The notes beneath the pieces were generated by a model. It did not search any database. It was not told the DNA's origin and saw only the letters and a program-made list of their open reading frames with translations. Source: Utricularia gibba (taxonomy: Eukaryota; Plantae; Magnoliophyta). From it: a stretch of 64,000 nt of DNA. Every line of letters starts with the position of its first letter. Position 1 is the first letter of the stretch. The position numbers were made by a program, and so were the translations under genes. Of this stretch, positions 13,151 through 26,900 are shown in pieces. The DNA lies in the NCBI GenBank assembly GCA_002189035.1, contig NEEC01000009.1, forward strand, positions 2,356,001-2,420,000. Reading direction: 5' to 3'.

Positions 13151-14487
13151 CTAAGCTAGAGAAAGGCGTGTGTCGATGCCGGAGTCCATCAGCTCATGGC
13201 TACTGGAGGAACTGAGGGTTAAACTCAATCGCAGATCATCTCGGAAATCGGATTTGGGCTGCAAGTTAAATACGAGAGTCGATGGGTGATTATGGAGAGT
13301 CTATGAATATACTCTAAGTTTCTGGAAGTCGAACTGTTCACCTGAACTTCCAAGGGATCCTCGAGGTTTGCGGACTTGGCGTCATGAGGGATGATGCTGG
13401 AAACCGGGCTCGATAAGCTGCGGGTCGCTTGGGGTTCGAAGCTGGTGTCTGTAGCTGAGTGGTGATTGTGGAGCAGCCTGGAATCGACATGATTTTTGGG
13501 TTGTTGTTGGGATGAACAGAAAGGTTGAAACCTGTGCATGCATACAGTAAATTTGAATGCATTTATTGTATCTAGTTTTTAATCAGCTTCTAATCAAAAT
13601 CTAATTCTGGGTTCTTGTCTGATCAAAAGGATGATCAGACATTTCACCTCACCTGGATGACAGAGAGTTGATGTCAAAGGGATTAGGAGATTGAGGGTTT
13701 TGTAAGAAACTCTGGAGGCAGGTGGTTTTCAGATACGGATATGGATTCCGGAAGAAGACGATGCCTCCGTTTTCCGATCTCAGCTCCTGCAAAGAGCTAC
13801 TGCATTGGCTGTAGGGTGTACCAAGAAGTAGGTGTCTCCCATGAATGCTGCTGTATAGCCTACTTGTTTGACCTACACACCACATTGCATGGATCCTTTA
13901 GTTCATCAGAAAAATGTGTGGTGATTGCCATTTAACCACTCACCCTTCCCGGAATCATCAAGCTTCTTACTTCTGTGCATCTGATTCAACACAGAGTCGC
14001 AGAATCATTACCATGAAGGCTTGCAGATAAGAGGGAATGAAAAGGGAGCAGTTTCAAGCACCTGCAGGTGACTTTTGACATGGGCGATGCTGAGTCCTCT
14101 CACGTTCATCAGCTGGAGGACAGCTTTGGGAGTTGCTCCTGAGAAACATTCCAAGGTTTTCAATTGAAATAGACTGGAAAAATGAAAGGCTGCGTATAAG
14201 CTCACTTTCTTGCCCCCTAATCTCTCAACTGCATCAACGAAGCAGAGGTGAAGATCACGAGTCCAACGCAGCCTCGGAATTTTCGATCGAATATACTGAC
14301 GAACGCCGGCCTTTCTCTCGTTCCCTTGCCCTGCTTTCGAGCTCGAATTTTTGCCTTCTCTCCTGTCAACCTCATTGGTAAACCCAGCTTCCTCATTCAA
14401 GTGAATGGAGGACGAAGCATTGTCTTCTGATTGCGAGCTCCCAGATTCTTCATCAGGGATCGTCAAGCTTTTCTTGATCTCAGCCAT
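13151..14487 (-). CDS. GARP/G2-like (SHAQKYF-class) MYB transcription factor, At1g14600-like; six exons; apparent -1 frameshift at C-run 14213-14217
   Basis: VRQYIRSKIPRLRWTRDLHLCFVDAVERLGG(QER)ATPKAVLQLMNVRGLSIAHVKSHLQMHRSKK; the last exon gives LRLSLTL...IDTRLSLA*; one extra G restores LGGQERATPK. Confidence 0.9.
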
Positions 14488-16214
14488 GGAAGGTATGATG
14501 CTCTCTTCCAGTTACCTCTTTTTCAGCAGCAACTATAGCACCCAGTCAGCTGTTGATAAGTATCAACTAAGGAACGTTTTTCCTACCACAAAAGTCAAAA
14601 AACACCAGAAGCCAAGAATTCAAGATTGAATAACCTAAACTTCTTCCTCATCAAAAAGAAGACTTTCAAAACCCTAACATGGAGAAGAACACAAGAATCC
14701 CACACCAAAGGTGAGGTGAATACACAAACTGCACCAAAACCCTTGATTTATTCGTATTGGATCCGAACCGAAAAACGGGTGAAAAGTTCGATTCAAGAAG
14801 CTTCTACATGAGGGGAAAGAAACCAAAACGAGGAGAAGCAGCAGCATATGCGCAGCAGCTGCGCCCTCTCCAGTTCATGGCTGCTGAAGGGTGAGCTTTG
14901 ATGATGATCCACCCATGGAATTAAATTCAAATGAGGGGATGAAAACCCATCTACCAGAATTCACTATGCTCCATACTCTTCATTATGACAAAAGGAGAGA
15001 CCAGCGAGAGATGAAGGATCCTCGGACAGTCACCTTGTAATGGTGCAATAATTCTCCACCTGTAGAGTTAGATGCCCAGCCTGTCCCCTTTCCCTGGTGC
15101 CTCCATTATTCTGTGCTGACTGTCTGCTCCCAGACGCATCATTGAACCCTCATTCTTCTTCCCTACTTCATTGAAACGCGCTCTTGATTTGGTAAAGAAT
15201 GATAGATTTAATAATTATACAATGACCAATATTCTTACACAACTAAAAAATGTACAATATTCTTACATAACTCAAAAATGTTTTTCGGATTTACATCATT
15301 GTAAACCCGAAACATGATTGTAATAATATATATATATATGATTCACAATATCTAAATTATCAAGTCATATTTATGATAGTATATATTTATTTAAATATAA
15401 ATTATTAATTAAGCTAACATACCGAAGCTCAAAATTTATATTATAATCATTGAACGAAAGGAATATAACTGGTAGAAAAGAAAAAATCAGAGGCGGCTTC
15501 AAGACTTCTAGAAAACTTCACAAGACGTTGAAAAAAGGAATGGACTTTAAATCTTCTAGAAACTATTAAATAATCAATTTGTAAAATGTGGTGGGTGATA
15601 ATTTGACAAAAAATAATAATAATTATTCTTTTCGCACTTGTATTATTTGTATGAAAACTAATATTTTCTTTAAAAAATACTAACTTTTATTCATTAAAAA
15701 ATAATTATTATTTTTACCAAACAAACTGATCTTAAATAAATGATTGGATGATAATTCTGGCCTGATATCATTAGTTAAAAGGCGAATCGATTTCCATTTT
15801 TTAATCCCGAGGCGATTGAATAAATAATTTATGACGTGGACTGTACGTAATTGCTTCTTTGCCGTCCCCTACAGTAGTAGGCCCCACTTATCTTCTTCAA
15901 AGTCTTCAACGACCCCTCCCCTTATGGGCCCATATGGGATCGGGGCCCTAATTTACCCGGCCCGAAACCCAAATCGGGTTACGTATTTGGGTTGGCCCAT
16001 TGGGCATCCACATGTGATATATGACCCGATAATATCAACATCCATTAGAATATTTTGAAATTAAAAAAATATATTTCGAATTCCGACGTCATCAGACAAT
16101 ACGTTTTCTTTTTTTTTGTATTTTAAAAACAAATTGACACCCTATTTATTGAACTGAATGAATAATAATGACACAGAAATGTCATATACAGGTTACAATG
16201 CGAGTTGGCAGCCA

Positions 16215-16277
16215 ACGTGGAAAATGTGTAAGGAAATAAAAGGATTTACACGTGTCGGAAATACGCACGTCCACGTG
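16215..16277. promoter_or_regulatory. ACGT/G-box cluster between the ICL 3' end and the MYB upstream region
   Basis: AACGTGG near 16215, CACGTG at 16249-16254 and 16272-16277, CACGTC at 16266. Confidence 0.4.
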
Positions 16278-16399
16278 TTATGTAATTTAGGTGAAAATTT
16301 TATTCCATAAGGAGCAGAGTCTCATGCATCACATAACTCAACATAATTCGAAGAAGTTGAAATATACGTCTTTAGGTTGGACTACTCCGGCACCGGGAG

Positions 16400-18340
16400 C
16401 TACATCTTCGATTTTGCGACCACAACTCCGCTTTCCGCCGCCGTGCTTCCGGGCCTCGTCCAGGTACCCTCGAACTGCGCCTCCGTCACACCTAAAAGGC
16501 AAAGAACGAAACTACTGATTTCTGCACTTGATTAAAAATATGCTGATTGGAAACTTGCCTTTTCCCATGGCGGCGGTGGAAGTGATTCCGCCTTGCACGG
16601 TACGAAGGACCCGATCGTAGTAATTGGCGCCGGACCATTTCTGATGAGCCAGGGTATCAACTCCGTTGTTCCTCTCCTCCCTCTGGATCCTCTCTACATA
16701 GGCTAGCATCCCCCGTCGCGCAAAGTCCCGGGCGAAGACATCTGTGATGAGAGCATCGGCGTGGAAACCGCCGAGAGTGATGAACTGCCAACAGTAGCCC
16801 AATTTCGCGATCATCGGAATGAACTCCATCATCTCCTTATCCGTCATCCCCGAGGCGTCCCAGTTGAACGACGGAGATAAATTGTACGCCAGCATCATCT
16901 CCGGATGCCGCGATTTCACTCCGGCGGCGAATTCCGTACACTCGGCCAGATTGGGGCTCGTTGTTTCCATCCAGATCAGATCCGCGTGAGGGGCGAAAGC
17001 CCATGCGCGAACAATGGCGGCCTTCACCGACCCATTGAATCTGTAGAACCCCTCTCTGGTTTTGGGCAAATCCCAGTCCCAGAACAGATCCACGATCCCT
17101 AGGTTCGCGGCGATTTCGCGGCCGCGTTCGTTGGATAAGCATTTGTCGAAGGTGGAGTGACTCATGAACTCCTGCAGTTTCCTCTCTTTCTCCGGTGCTG
17201 CAATATTCATCCTGTTAATTGCATCGATGACGCAATCGGAGAAGGTTTTCAGTTTCCCCATTGACAGCCATTGGTCTTCGATAGCTTGGAGTTCCGCTCC
17301 CGATTTCCCAGCGCCCATCGCCTCCGCTAGAATGGAGGCTATGGGCTTTCCCCTGAGATCATGATTCGTGACTCCCAGAATGAATTGATGATCCCTAGAG
17401 TCCACATTTGTTTGAATCAGTGTCGCCGCTTCTGCGTCCGTGCGCGCCACCAGAACCGTCTCCACCCCATCACGTCGAACTGCAGCCGCGCCGCAACTAG
17501 CCTGTTGACATGCTCATTGACGCCCACGAGGACTTTCCCTGCCATGTGGCCGCATTTCTTTGTCACAGATGACTGATCCTCGAGATGAACGCCGGCGGCG
17601 CCGCGCTCCACAAACATCTTGCACAGTTTCACAGTAGCGGTGGCGGCGCCGAAGCCAGTATCCCCGTCAGCAATGATCGGCTTGAGGTAATCGATGTACG
17701 GCGTTCGTGCTCGCTCCTCACGGCTCATGCTGAACCGCGCCTCCCTCTGTTTCCGATCATGATACTGCTGCGCGAAGAAGAGATGCTCCACTTTGTTCGG
17801 CACCGTGTCGTACGGATAGTCCGCCAGGTCCGGCCCGGGCTCGTTGCTTGAAGTGTGGGTCGACGAGCACTGCCACCCCGACACATAGATCGTGTCCAGG
17901 GACTTAGCCATCATCGTCACCTGAACCGGTTAACCAAATACAGATAAAACTGAAAGAGCTTCGACCGAACTAATCCAAAACCCGGTTCGAACCGCCGACC
18001 TGGACAGGGTCAAGCGACCCGAAAGTGCGCGAAGCAGTGAAGTTAGCCTGGTGGGTTTTGAGGGTTCGCCAAAGCTTCTTAGCCATCTCGTTGGAGGCAT
18101 AGCTCTGACGGAGGGTACCCCGGAGAGCCACCACGTCGCGGGCGGAGTAAGGGCGGCGCGCGAGCCTGAACCTCTCGGAGCTCCACCACGCCTCCACCTC
18201 CGCCATCTCCGCCTCGAAACGGCCTTCCTCATCCATGATCTGCGCCCACGAAACTCACAAACTCAAAACAACCAAAGAAGAAACACAAGAAAAGAGATGA
18301 GGATCATCACCATCGAAGGTGAAGAGAAGGATAGAGCCAT
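16400..18340 (-). CDS. ICL: Isocitrate lyase, peroxisomal; exons 18340-18311, 18239-18000, 17920-16559, 16491-16400; apparent -1 frameshift at 17465-17468
   Basis: [45 protein letters not shown], catalytic [18 protein letters not shown]-terminal PTS1 SKM; the last intron is GC-AG. Confidence 0.97.
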
Positions 18341-18417
18341 GGAGGATCGAGCAGGCAACCCACCAACTCCAATCCAATCAACAATGCACGTAGACCAAGG
18401 GATTCCCCTGCGTCTTG

Positions 18418-18713
18418 ATTTATAGCCCTCTGCATGGATAAAACAAATTGTAATAACACCAACCAAAGACAAAAAAGGATAAGGATGTAATAAAGGATAA
18501 AAACAGACCGTGGAAATGCAATGAATAAAATTGCAAAAGAAACCCAAATTCACACTGTTCTATTCAACGCAGCTCCCCGGCCCAGTACGTGTCGCATGCA
18601 TGCATGCACGAGCAACCTTGTAACGGAACGGTGTTCTCACCATTAAAGAGAGAATTTTTAATATGGGAAAATGGGATGGGGGATATTAATTTAATATTAA
18701 AAAATGACGTGGC
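18418..18713 (-). promoter_or_regulatory. ICL promoter: TATA box, ABRE elements and a triple RY repeat
   Basis: TATAAAT on the minus strand at 18424-18418; ACGTGTC at 18587-18593 abutting GCATGCATGCATGCAC at 18594-18609; TGACGTGGC at 18705-18713. Confidence 0.65.
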
Positions 18714-20294
18714 GGGTGATAGCAGATAGGAGTCGGGCGAGGTGGTTACCTTGGGAATCCCAATGGAGGAGGAGGATTTTGATCAGGCTTCGTGTTAGCC
18801 AGCCACATCATCCGTCCAATCACAACAAGAGGTGGCATTTTCTCGGGAAATGACAGTTGGGCTGGATCCTCTGATCACGCGGCCCATGTTGAATGCTGGG
18901 TCGATGGCCACATCCCATGGGCGGCCCACGAGATGAAGCCCCGGAAAATCCCAACAAAGCACATGGGGGTTGAGTGACGATGAGTCATCTAATTCACAAT
19001 TGAGCTAGTATATATAGATACATATGCGTGTATTTGTATATTTACAGATTTAGGTACGTTCAATTGTGATTTGAAAAATTATGAATGTGTTGGATTAATT
19101 TAAATTTATAATATTTAAATCATATTAATTTTTTAAAAATATTAAAATAAAATAATTTTTAATAAAAAATGAATAAAAATGAAAACGATAACTAATAAGC
19201 GATGATCGTCAAACTTTAAATAACACATAATGACAACAATCAATTTAGTTATGATCGAACACTCAATATAAAATAAATGAAAATATGATAAAATTAAGTG
19301 AATGGATGAAAATTTTGATTAGTTAATTAAACGAATAACTATTTATTATTAAAATTATTGATTAAAAATATTTAAAAAAAAAAACACAACATACGGCAAT
19401 TCGGGTGAATGACCGATTCCCCTAGTAATGGAGATCACACAGTTGCCGATTTAATTTAATTGTGCTTACGATCGTGTCTTATTTGAATGAACATGTGATG
19501 ATGCGCCGTGTCCGCCGCGTCCTGGATAACGAAATAGGAGTGTCGCGGTCGCGTTGGTATTGTATGCCTATCAACACCCCATTTCCAATCTGTTTATTGA
19601 ATAATTTAATCAATATAATAACAAGATATAAAGCAAGCCACGCGGCGTTCCGAATATATTATATAAAAAAAACTCACTTGATTAAACAACTGTTGAGTGT
19701 TCTCATACCATCTGCTGCTCTGCTAGTTGACAAAGCGGAGATGGATGGTGGATGGTGGAGGATGATGCACAATTATTGATGATCAACAACTGTGATCTGG
19801 TAATCTATTGATGATTCATGCCTTGGAGCTGGTTTCTGTACCAATCAAGGTCCCTTCCAGGCCCAGAATCCAGTTTACACCTTCCATGCATCATGTCATT
19901 TCCCCATCACTGCCAGCCCTCTACTTTCTTCCAAATCCCAGTCAAATCTACCTTCTTCCACGTTGCGGAGGAGTTGGTCCAAAAGCAGATTGATCCATGC
20001 CCAGCTTCTCTGTATTCACTGCAGTGGGCCCATGGCATGGCACCAACCTGCAAAATACTAGGCTGTGTCTTCAAGACGTGTCATCTATCAAATGGAATTG
20101 GCGCAAGAGTTTTTGAGGTCGACCTTGAACAGTGCAAGTCTGGACCTTGGGCCACTAGTTCTGCTAGCGCCTCCAGCTGAGTCCCACTATTTATATGTAT
20201 GAGATGATGGATAGAGTAGTCGTACCTCGTAACCAAGTCTGAGTGAGCTTCCCTGTGTGATCCAATCCTACAGTAGCATTTCATCGAACATCTC

Positions 20295-20642
20295 ATGGGG
20301 TGTAGGTCTGGAATCCTTCTTGTGACGTTGAGTACCCTGTTCTTCACGATCCACGCTCTTGACGGGGGACCGTATGCTGGGCAGAGGGATCTGCTTCAGG
20401 AATCGTTTGTTGAGAATTTCGCGGAATCTCCGGCTGGAAAAGAGCCGGCTTTTCGGGGCGGAGAAGTGGTATCGGAAACTCCGACAGCGTCGGAGAGTAG
20501 GAAGATGGGGAATCATCGTATGGAGGATAACTCCGCCGCCGGCGGTGGAGTCATCATCGGCGGCCTCGTCAGTGCCATTTTCGCAGCGGTGTACTGCTAC
20601 ATTCGGGTCACGAGGAGGCGGGCGTTTCAACAGGACGCTTAA
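20295..20642 (+). CDS. Small single-pass membrane protein (signal peptide plus C-terminal TM), conserved uncharacterised plant family
   Basis: Hydrophobic N-terminus; conserved GGGVIIGGLVSAIFAAVYCYIRVTRRR TM and basic stop-transfer motif; intronless 115 aa. Confidence 0.85.
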   Translation: MGCRSGILLVTLSTLFFTIHALDGGPYAGQRDLLQESFVENFAESPAGKEPAFRGGEVVSETPTASESRKMGNHRMEDNSAAGGGVIIGGLVSAIFAAVYCYIRVTRRRAFQQDA

Positions 20643-20930
20643 GCTTTGAGATTTGAATCTCAACGGTCGGTCATCAGCTTGTAATTAGTTCTTGTGATCA
20701 TATTATGGAAAGTTTAAAAATTAATATTTTTTTATTTAGCAAAATAAGAAAGAAAAAGGACAATCCCTAGTTCCCTGCCGAAATGATTTACCCACTTTGA
20801 GAAACTGTTTGGCGCGTATCTCAAGTCTTGTAACGAAAGCGAAAAAGACGCAGACTTGAATCCGCTTCGCTACACTGGGGCAAAGAGAGGACCAGAATTG
20901 AGCCCAGTAGAAGACCTTTGCCTGGGGGTA

Positions 20931-23900
20931 ATGGTGAGTGCGCTTTTCTTTGTGGAAATCTACTCTGCCGCTTGTTGGATACTATGGTTCAGCGGCATGC
21001 TTGATGATTTTGGGGTTTCTTTGCAGCCGCCGGACGAAGAGGAAGGTGTGGCTGCAGCCACTGAAAGTTTTCAAGAGACAGTGAATTCTAATCCCAATTC
21101 CCTGTCTTCGCATTTTGAACTGGTATATTTTGTTGAATTTCTTTTTTTAAAGTTGGCTCTCGTTTCTCTGTGTGTTGAGATTTGCGGTATTTGCGGACAA
21201 ATTTTTCAGGGGATGCATCTGTGGAAACGGCGAGAGAAAAGCCAGGAAATGAGGGAGAAAGCTGTGGAGCATTTTATGGCGGCTGCAAAGCTTGAACCCC
21301 AGAATGCTGTAGTTTTTAGATACCTGGGTCATTATTTTTCTGGAATTGAGCGTCAACGGGCTCTCAAATGTTATCAGAGGGCCGTCGTCCTTAATCCTGA
21401 TGACTCCGAGGCCGGGGTATGCCTTTTTTCTTGTTCTTGTTTTTTCTTCTTTGATTTCTGAGTTTTGATGTTTCATAATTCCATTAAGAAGTGTATTATA
21501 AGATTCCTGCATCAGAGCATAGTGATGGAATGTTCTGAGTTCTGAACAAGCGGCTGGCTATTCTACTTATTTTCATTATTGCTTTTCATCTAAAAGCTTC
21601 CTATGAAATATATGCATGCAATGTATCTATTCCTATTTATAATTGCAGGAGGCTTATTGTATTTTATTGGATGATGATGGAAAAGAGAGCTTGGTGCTTG
21701 TTGCCTGTCAAGAAGCTTCTGAGAAGTCTCCAAAGGCTTTTTGGGCATTTCGTCAACTTGGATTCTTTCAGGTTTTCTTTTCTTAGGTCTTGTGTTCTAA
21801 TTCAGATCATGTGGGATGAATATCACAGAATAATCTACCGCAGGCTCATAAAAAAAAATGGTCAGAAGCCATTCAAAGCCTTCAGCATGCAATCCGTGGA
21901 ATTCCTACTTGTGCTGACTCGTGGGAGGTCGTAAAGTTAATTGCTTTCTATAGCACTCCTGAAATGAAGATGCTTTTGTTTGTTTGTTTCCTTCATTTAA
22001 TTGATCAACATTTATTGTTAAATGTGATTATGCAGACCTTGGGTCTTGCATATCAACGAATGGGGATGTTCACTGCTGCACTTAAGGTTGGCTTTCTACG
22101 TAGTGCTTTCACTTATAAGTTTTTTACAAAATCTTTTTTGATGGGACACTTTTTTAACTTGCCGATTTTCACGTTTCTGTTAAATGGTAATCTGAATTAA
22201 AATTTTTCCACTTTCAACAGTCATATGGAAGAGCTGTTGAGTTAGATGCTTCAAGGGTGTTTGCGCTAGTTGAAAGTGGAAATATTTGTTTGATGCTGGG
22301 TTCCTATAGGGAGGTAATTCATTGAGCTTAAACAGTTTTTTAGCAAGTACGATTAATGACGCTGGCAATGACTATTAGTTATGAGCTACTGGAATATACA
22401 CACAAATTGATCGTTTTGGTTTGTCTGATGGTTTCACTTCATGTCCTCTAAAAATAGTTAATCATGCAATCATGACTAAGTTTAGTTGCTATTATTGGTC
22501 CTTCACTACTTTTCGTGTTGCACACAAATGCAACGGTATCAGGATCAATTTCCATTACTAATCTTTGTGAAAGCCTGAAGCAATACAATTTTTATCATCT
22601 CTTCAAGTAGACATGAATGACTTAGTTTTTGTTGGCAATACATGTTTTCAAGTATCATAGTTTTGTTATTCCATTTGTTTACTTTTCTTTCTTTTCACTT
22701 GAAGGGGATCAAGAAATTCCAACAAGCTTTAGAAATTTCACCTGGCAATATATCAGTTCTTTACGGGCTTGCTTCTGGTCTTCTTGGTTTTGCCAAGGAA
22801 TGTGCCAGTTTGGGTGCTTTAAAATGGGCAGCCTCTACACTAGAGGTCAGTATCTTAAAATAGTCTTGTTCCTCTGGACTTGCTCGTGTAATGATTGAAG
22901 TTTGCTAAGCTTAAATTCTTTGTATAGGAAGCATCCGAGGTGATAATACATAGTACACTTTTAGTTGGCAACTTCTCTTGTTCTTGGAAGCTACTGGGAG
23001 ATATTAAGGTATGGCAGTGTCCGAGTACCCTGTCCAAAGATACTTTTCTGATCTTGTTATCTACAATATTTAGTTCAAATTTTCTGTCCTGCGTCTTTTC
23101 TTAATATGACTATTGTAGTAATGAGTCCTGTTTCTTTTTTTAGCTTCTGCAGGCCAAATGTCACCCGTGGGTGCAGGAAACTATGCATGAGCATTTTGAT
23201 GAGAGCTTTTTCCGTTCTTCCATCGATGCATGGAAGAAAGCCCGCTTAATGGCTGCAAGAATGGCTAGAAGCGCCTATCAGCGTGCTTTGCATTTGGAAC
23301 CTTGGCAAGCTAATGCATATGTAGATGTTGCTATAGCAACAGGCCTCTGTTTGCAGTTTCAAGGGCCTTCAAAACAGGACCTTAGTGTATGGTAATTACT
23401 TTTTAATTATGACATTTTTGCAAAATCATATATCTTATCTAGTACAATCTCGCGGAAGGCCTGTGGCTGAAAAGATGTGCGTGGGTTCTGTACTACTTGA
23501 GGGTCACAAGGAAGAGTTTTGGGTGGCGCTAGGATGTTTAGCTGATCATACTGGATTAAAGCAGCATGCCTTGATACGTGCACTTCAATTGAATGTTTCC
23601 TTAGCGGTTGCCTGGGCATACCTTGGAAAGGTAACTTCTGAGCTTCTAAAAAGATTGCTGTTGGTTCTATCGCTTTTTATCCACAATGCTAGATGATGTC
23701 TTATTCTCACTTCCTGGCGTGCTTGATGCTTGACACCTTTGGAGATATAGAAATGGATGATGTTCATGCATTAATTTTGTGAAATTCTGTATGTGCAAGT
23801 ATGCTACACGGCTTGTCTGTTACATTCTTTCCAGGACATGATTTTTATGTTGCTTTTTCGTGGAGTTTTTTGATGGCCTCCATACAGTTAGGTTTCAGTT

Positions 23901-26900
23901 TTACAGGCAGCACGGAGATTCTAAATTGGCTCAGCAAGCATTTGATCGTGCCAGAAGCATAGATCCTTCACTTGGATTGCCGTGGGCTGGGATGTCAGCA
24001 GATGCTGCTACTAGGTACTACTAATGGGTGTGCCATCTAAAGGGTTGCACTAAGACATACTTGGAGAATTTTATTCTATTTCTTTCGTATTTCCCTGCAG
24101 AAACCTTGACCAGAATGAAGCATATGAATGCTGTTTGCGGGCTGTTCAGATATCTCCTGTATGTGGAATTTTGTGGGCAATTGTTAAATCGAACTATGAT
24201 TTATTCAAAGAATCTATTAAATATAATGTTACTGGCATTTAAATTTAGGCCTTTTTAAGCATAAATTCTTTGGTAGTTGAAAGTGCACTTACTGTCACAT
24301 AAATTATTTAGCTTGCAGAATTCCAAGTTGGTCTTGCAAACCTTGCCTTACGATCAAGTTGCCTCTCATCTTCTGAGGTATTCAGCATGGTTTTTTCTCC
24401 TTCTCGCGGCTTTACTTTATTTCCAAGCACACCATAGGCAGCTTAATATGTGGATCTTAACCGGTTTTGGTTCCCATGTTAGGTTTTTGCAGCAATCCAA
24501 CAGGCATTGGAGCGCCTCCCACACTACCCAGAATCTCACAATCTAAGTGGATTGGTTTGTGAATCAAGATTTGACTATCAAAGTGCTATTAAGTGCTACA
24601 GACTGGCAAAATGTGCACTGCTTTCGACTGAGGATGAATCATATGAATCCCGTTTGAGGCACATATCCATTAATTTGGCTAGATCATGTGTCCTGGTATG
24701 CTGATATGCTGATATGTTCCCTAGTTCAAGACAATTAATTTAAATGTTTTTTTAGTAATGCAAGTGATTCTTTTTTTAGTATCACTTCTAATGGCATTCC
24801 CCTGATGTGTTTAGGCGGGAGATGTTGGTGATGCGGCAGAAGAATGCCAAAATCTAATGCAGACAGGTTGAACTTGGGGGATTATTATTTTTCTCTTTAG
24901 TTCATGTATATTCTTTATGAAAGAAATTCCAAAGCATTATGACGAACATATTCCTTTTTGTATCGAGGGTAATGCTATTCGAGAAAATGAATGTTATTAA
25001 ACTTCAGGTGAATTTGTAGTAACACCCAAAAGTGTGCATGTGCTCTAAAACTGTAGATGTATTTGTTTGTAGGGCAGCTTGATGTGGAATGTCTGCACAT
25101 CTATGCTCTGTGTCTATGGAAACTTGGGAAGAAAGATATGGCGCTGTCAGTGACGAGATCAATTGCTTCTCATATTTTGTCCATGGAAGAAAATATGGTT
25201 GGTGCTTCTGCTAGCTTTATCTGTAGGATGCTGTATCAAGTTTCTGGACAGGAAGCAGCAATCACTAGCATCTTGAGGATGCCCAAGGATCTGTTCAAGA
25301 GTTCACAAATCAGCTTTGTTGTTTCAGCCATTCATGTACTTGACAGAAAGAATCTTCTGGAGTCCATTGTTTCTGGCACTCGTTCTTTTGTTACATCTCA
25401 GGATGAGATCATTTGGATGCATATTTTGATCACGCTTGGTAAACTCGTAAGTACCTGTTGTGTAAGTTTTGCTGAATTGTTTTGATTTCATTGATTACAT
25501 AATGATTTCTTCTTTCAGCTAAAGAGTGTCCAGGGCTCCAACCTTGGATTTAATCATGGTATTAACCACCTCAAAAAAGCTCTTCACATGTACCCTAACA
25601 GCAATGCTCTTAGGTATATTTAATTTTGGGTTCTTTACTTTTAGCGCTTGCGATTCTGACTGTATGCCTGGTTGTTGTAATATCATTTTTTCCATATACA
25701 AGGAGATTGCCAAACACTAAAAATAATAGAATCATGCAAAGAGTGACATACATTGTAGTCTCATTTTAGTTTTTCTCTCAACAGAAACCTTCTTAGTTAT
25801 CTCTTGCTGAGTAAAGACGTGGGAGATAGTCACCTTGCAACTAGATGCTTGCTCTTGAACTTCAGTGAAGACCAAAAGGACAAGGTTCTAAAATCTCCAT
25901 GCGAGATCTTTGGTGCAGCAAATGTTGCTTGTTACACCCCAGAGATATGTGATGGGAAATTCTCATTCCGTACCTGTAGATCTCAAGTGTCTTGTGGATC
26001 TGGTGCTATCCGAAATATGCAGAAGTACGTTTTTCCTACCTATCAAGTCTTTAAACTGCTATTTAGTCTTTGATCTTCAGTTTTAGAGCTCAATCTTGTT
26101 GCTTGTATTGTTTTCATTCCCAATTACCAGGTTTCTGCACCAGGAGCCGTGGAACTTTAATGCTAGATATCTGCTTACACTGAGCTGTTACCAGAAGGCC
26201 CGTGAAGAGAAATTTCCTGAAAATATATGCAGGCTTTTAAAGCGGCTAACGGATGTTGCCTTTTCAAATCAGTTAAATCCACTTAATGGCATAGGCCATT
26301 ATCAGCACTTCCAACTTCTTCTTTGTGTCGCGGAGGTTAATCTTCAACTAGGCAATAAAACTGAGTGCTTCAGATGCGTAAAAAGTGCTTTAGCTTCTTC
26401 GGTTCTTAGTAGCTACCTATTTTTTGGGCATCTGCTGCTCTGTCGAGCATACTCGCTTGAATATGATGTGGTCAACTTGAGCAAAGAATACAGGGAATGT
26501 TTGGAGCTTGGCACTCATTTGCATACAGGATGGATTGGTCTGAAGTTCATTGAATCTAAGCATTGTCTAGATGATTACTCAAACGAGCTATGTTTGAGAT
26601 ATGAAAGTTGCTCTGTGGATTTGACGTCAAAGCAAACTTTATGGCCTGCCCGATTTAAGATGGTGGAGGGTTTGATTTCTGTTTCATTGGGTGACTTTGT
26701 TGCTGCAGAACACTTATTTTGGGAAGCATGCTCTTTAGCAGATGACGAGAGCTACTTGTTCCTCTGTCATGGTATTATCTTAAAACCCAGACACTTTTTT
26801 GTGTCGACATTTATCTCCATCTGATGCTTGAGCTATCTCCGGTGTTTATGGTTCATATTCAGGCGCGGTTTGCATGGAAGTTGCTCGAAGGGAATGCGAT

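Noticed and set aside
15920-16010. GGGCCC/ACCCG-rich patch as a transposon end
   Set aside because: No terminal inverted repeat or target-site duplication found; may simply be site II motifs
16400-18340. ICL as a pseudogene (loss of the glyoxylate cycle)
   Set aside because: The single lesion is one missing G in a G-run; catalytic KKCGH, PTS1, splice sites and promoter are intact; the same error type recurs across the window
17585-18425. Long antisense or alternative-frame ORFs over GC-rich coding regions (ICL here; also RING and CHLI)
   Set aside because: Expected by-product of high GC3 codon usage in the real gene on the other strand or frame
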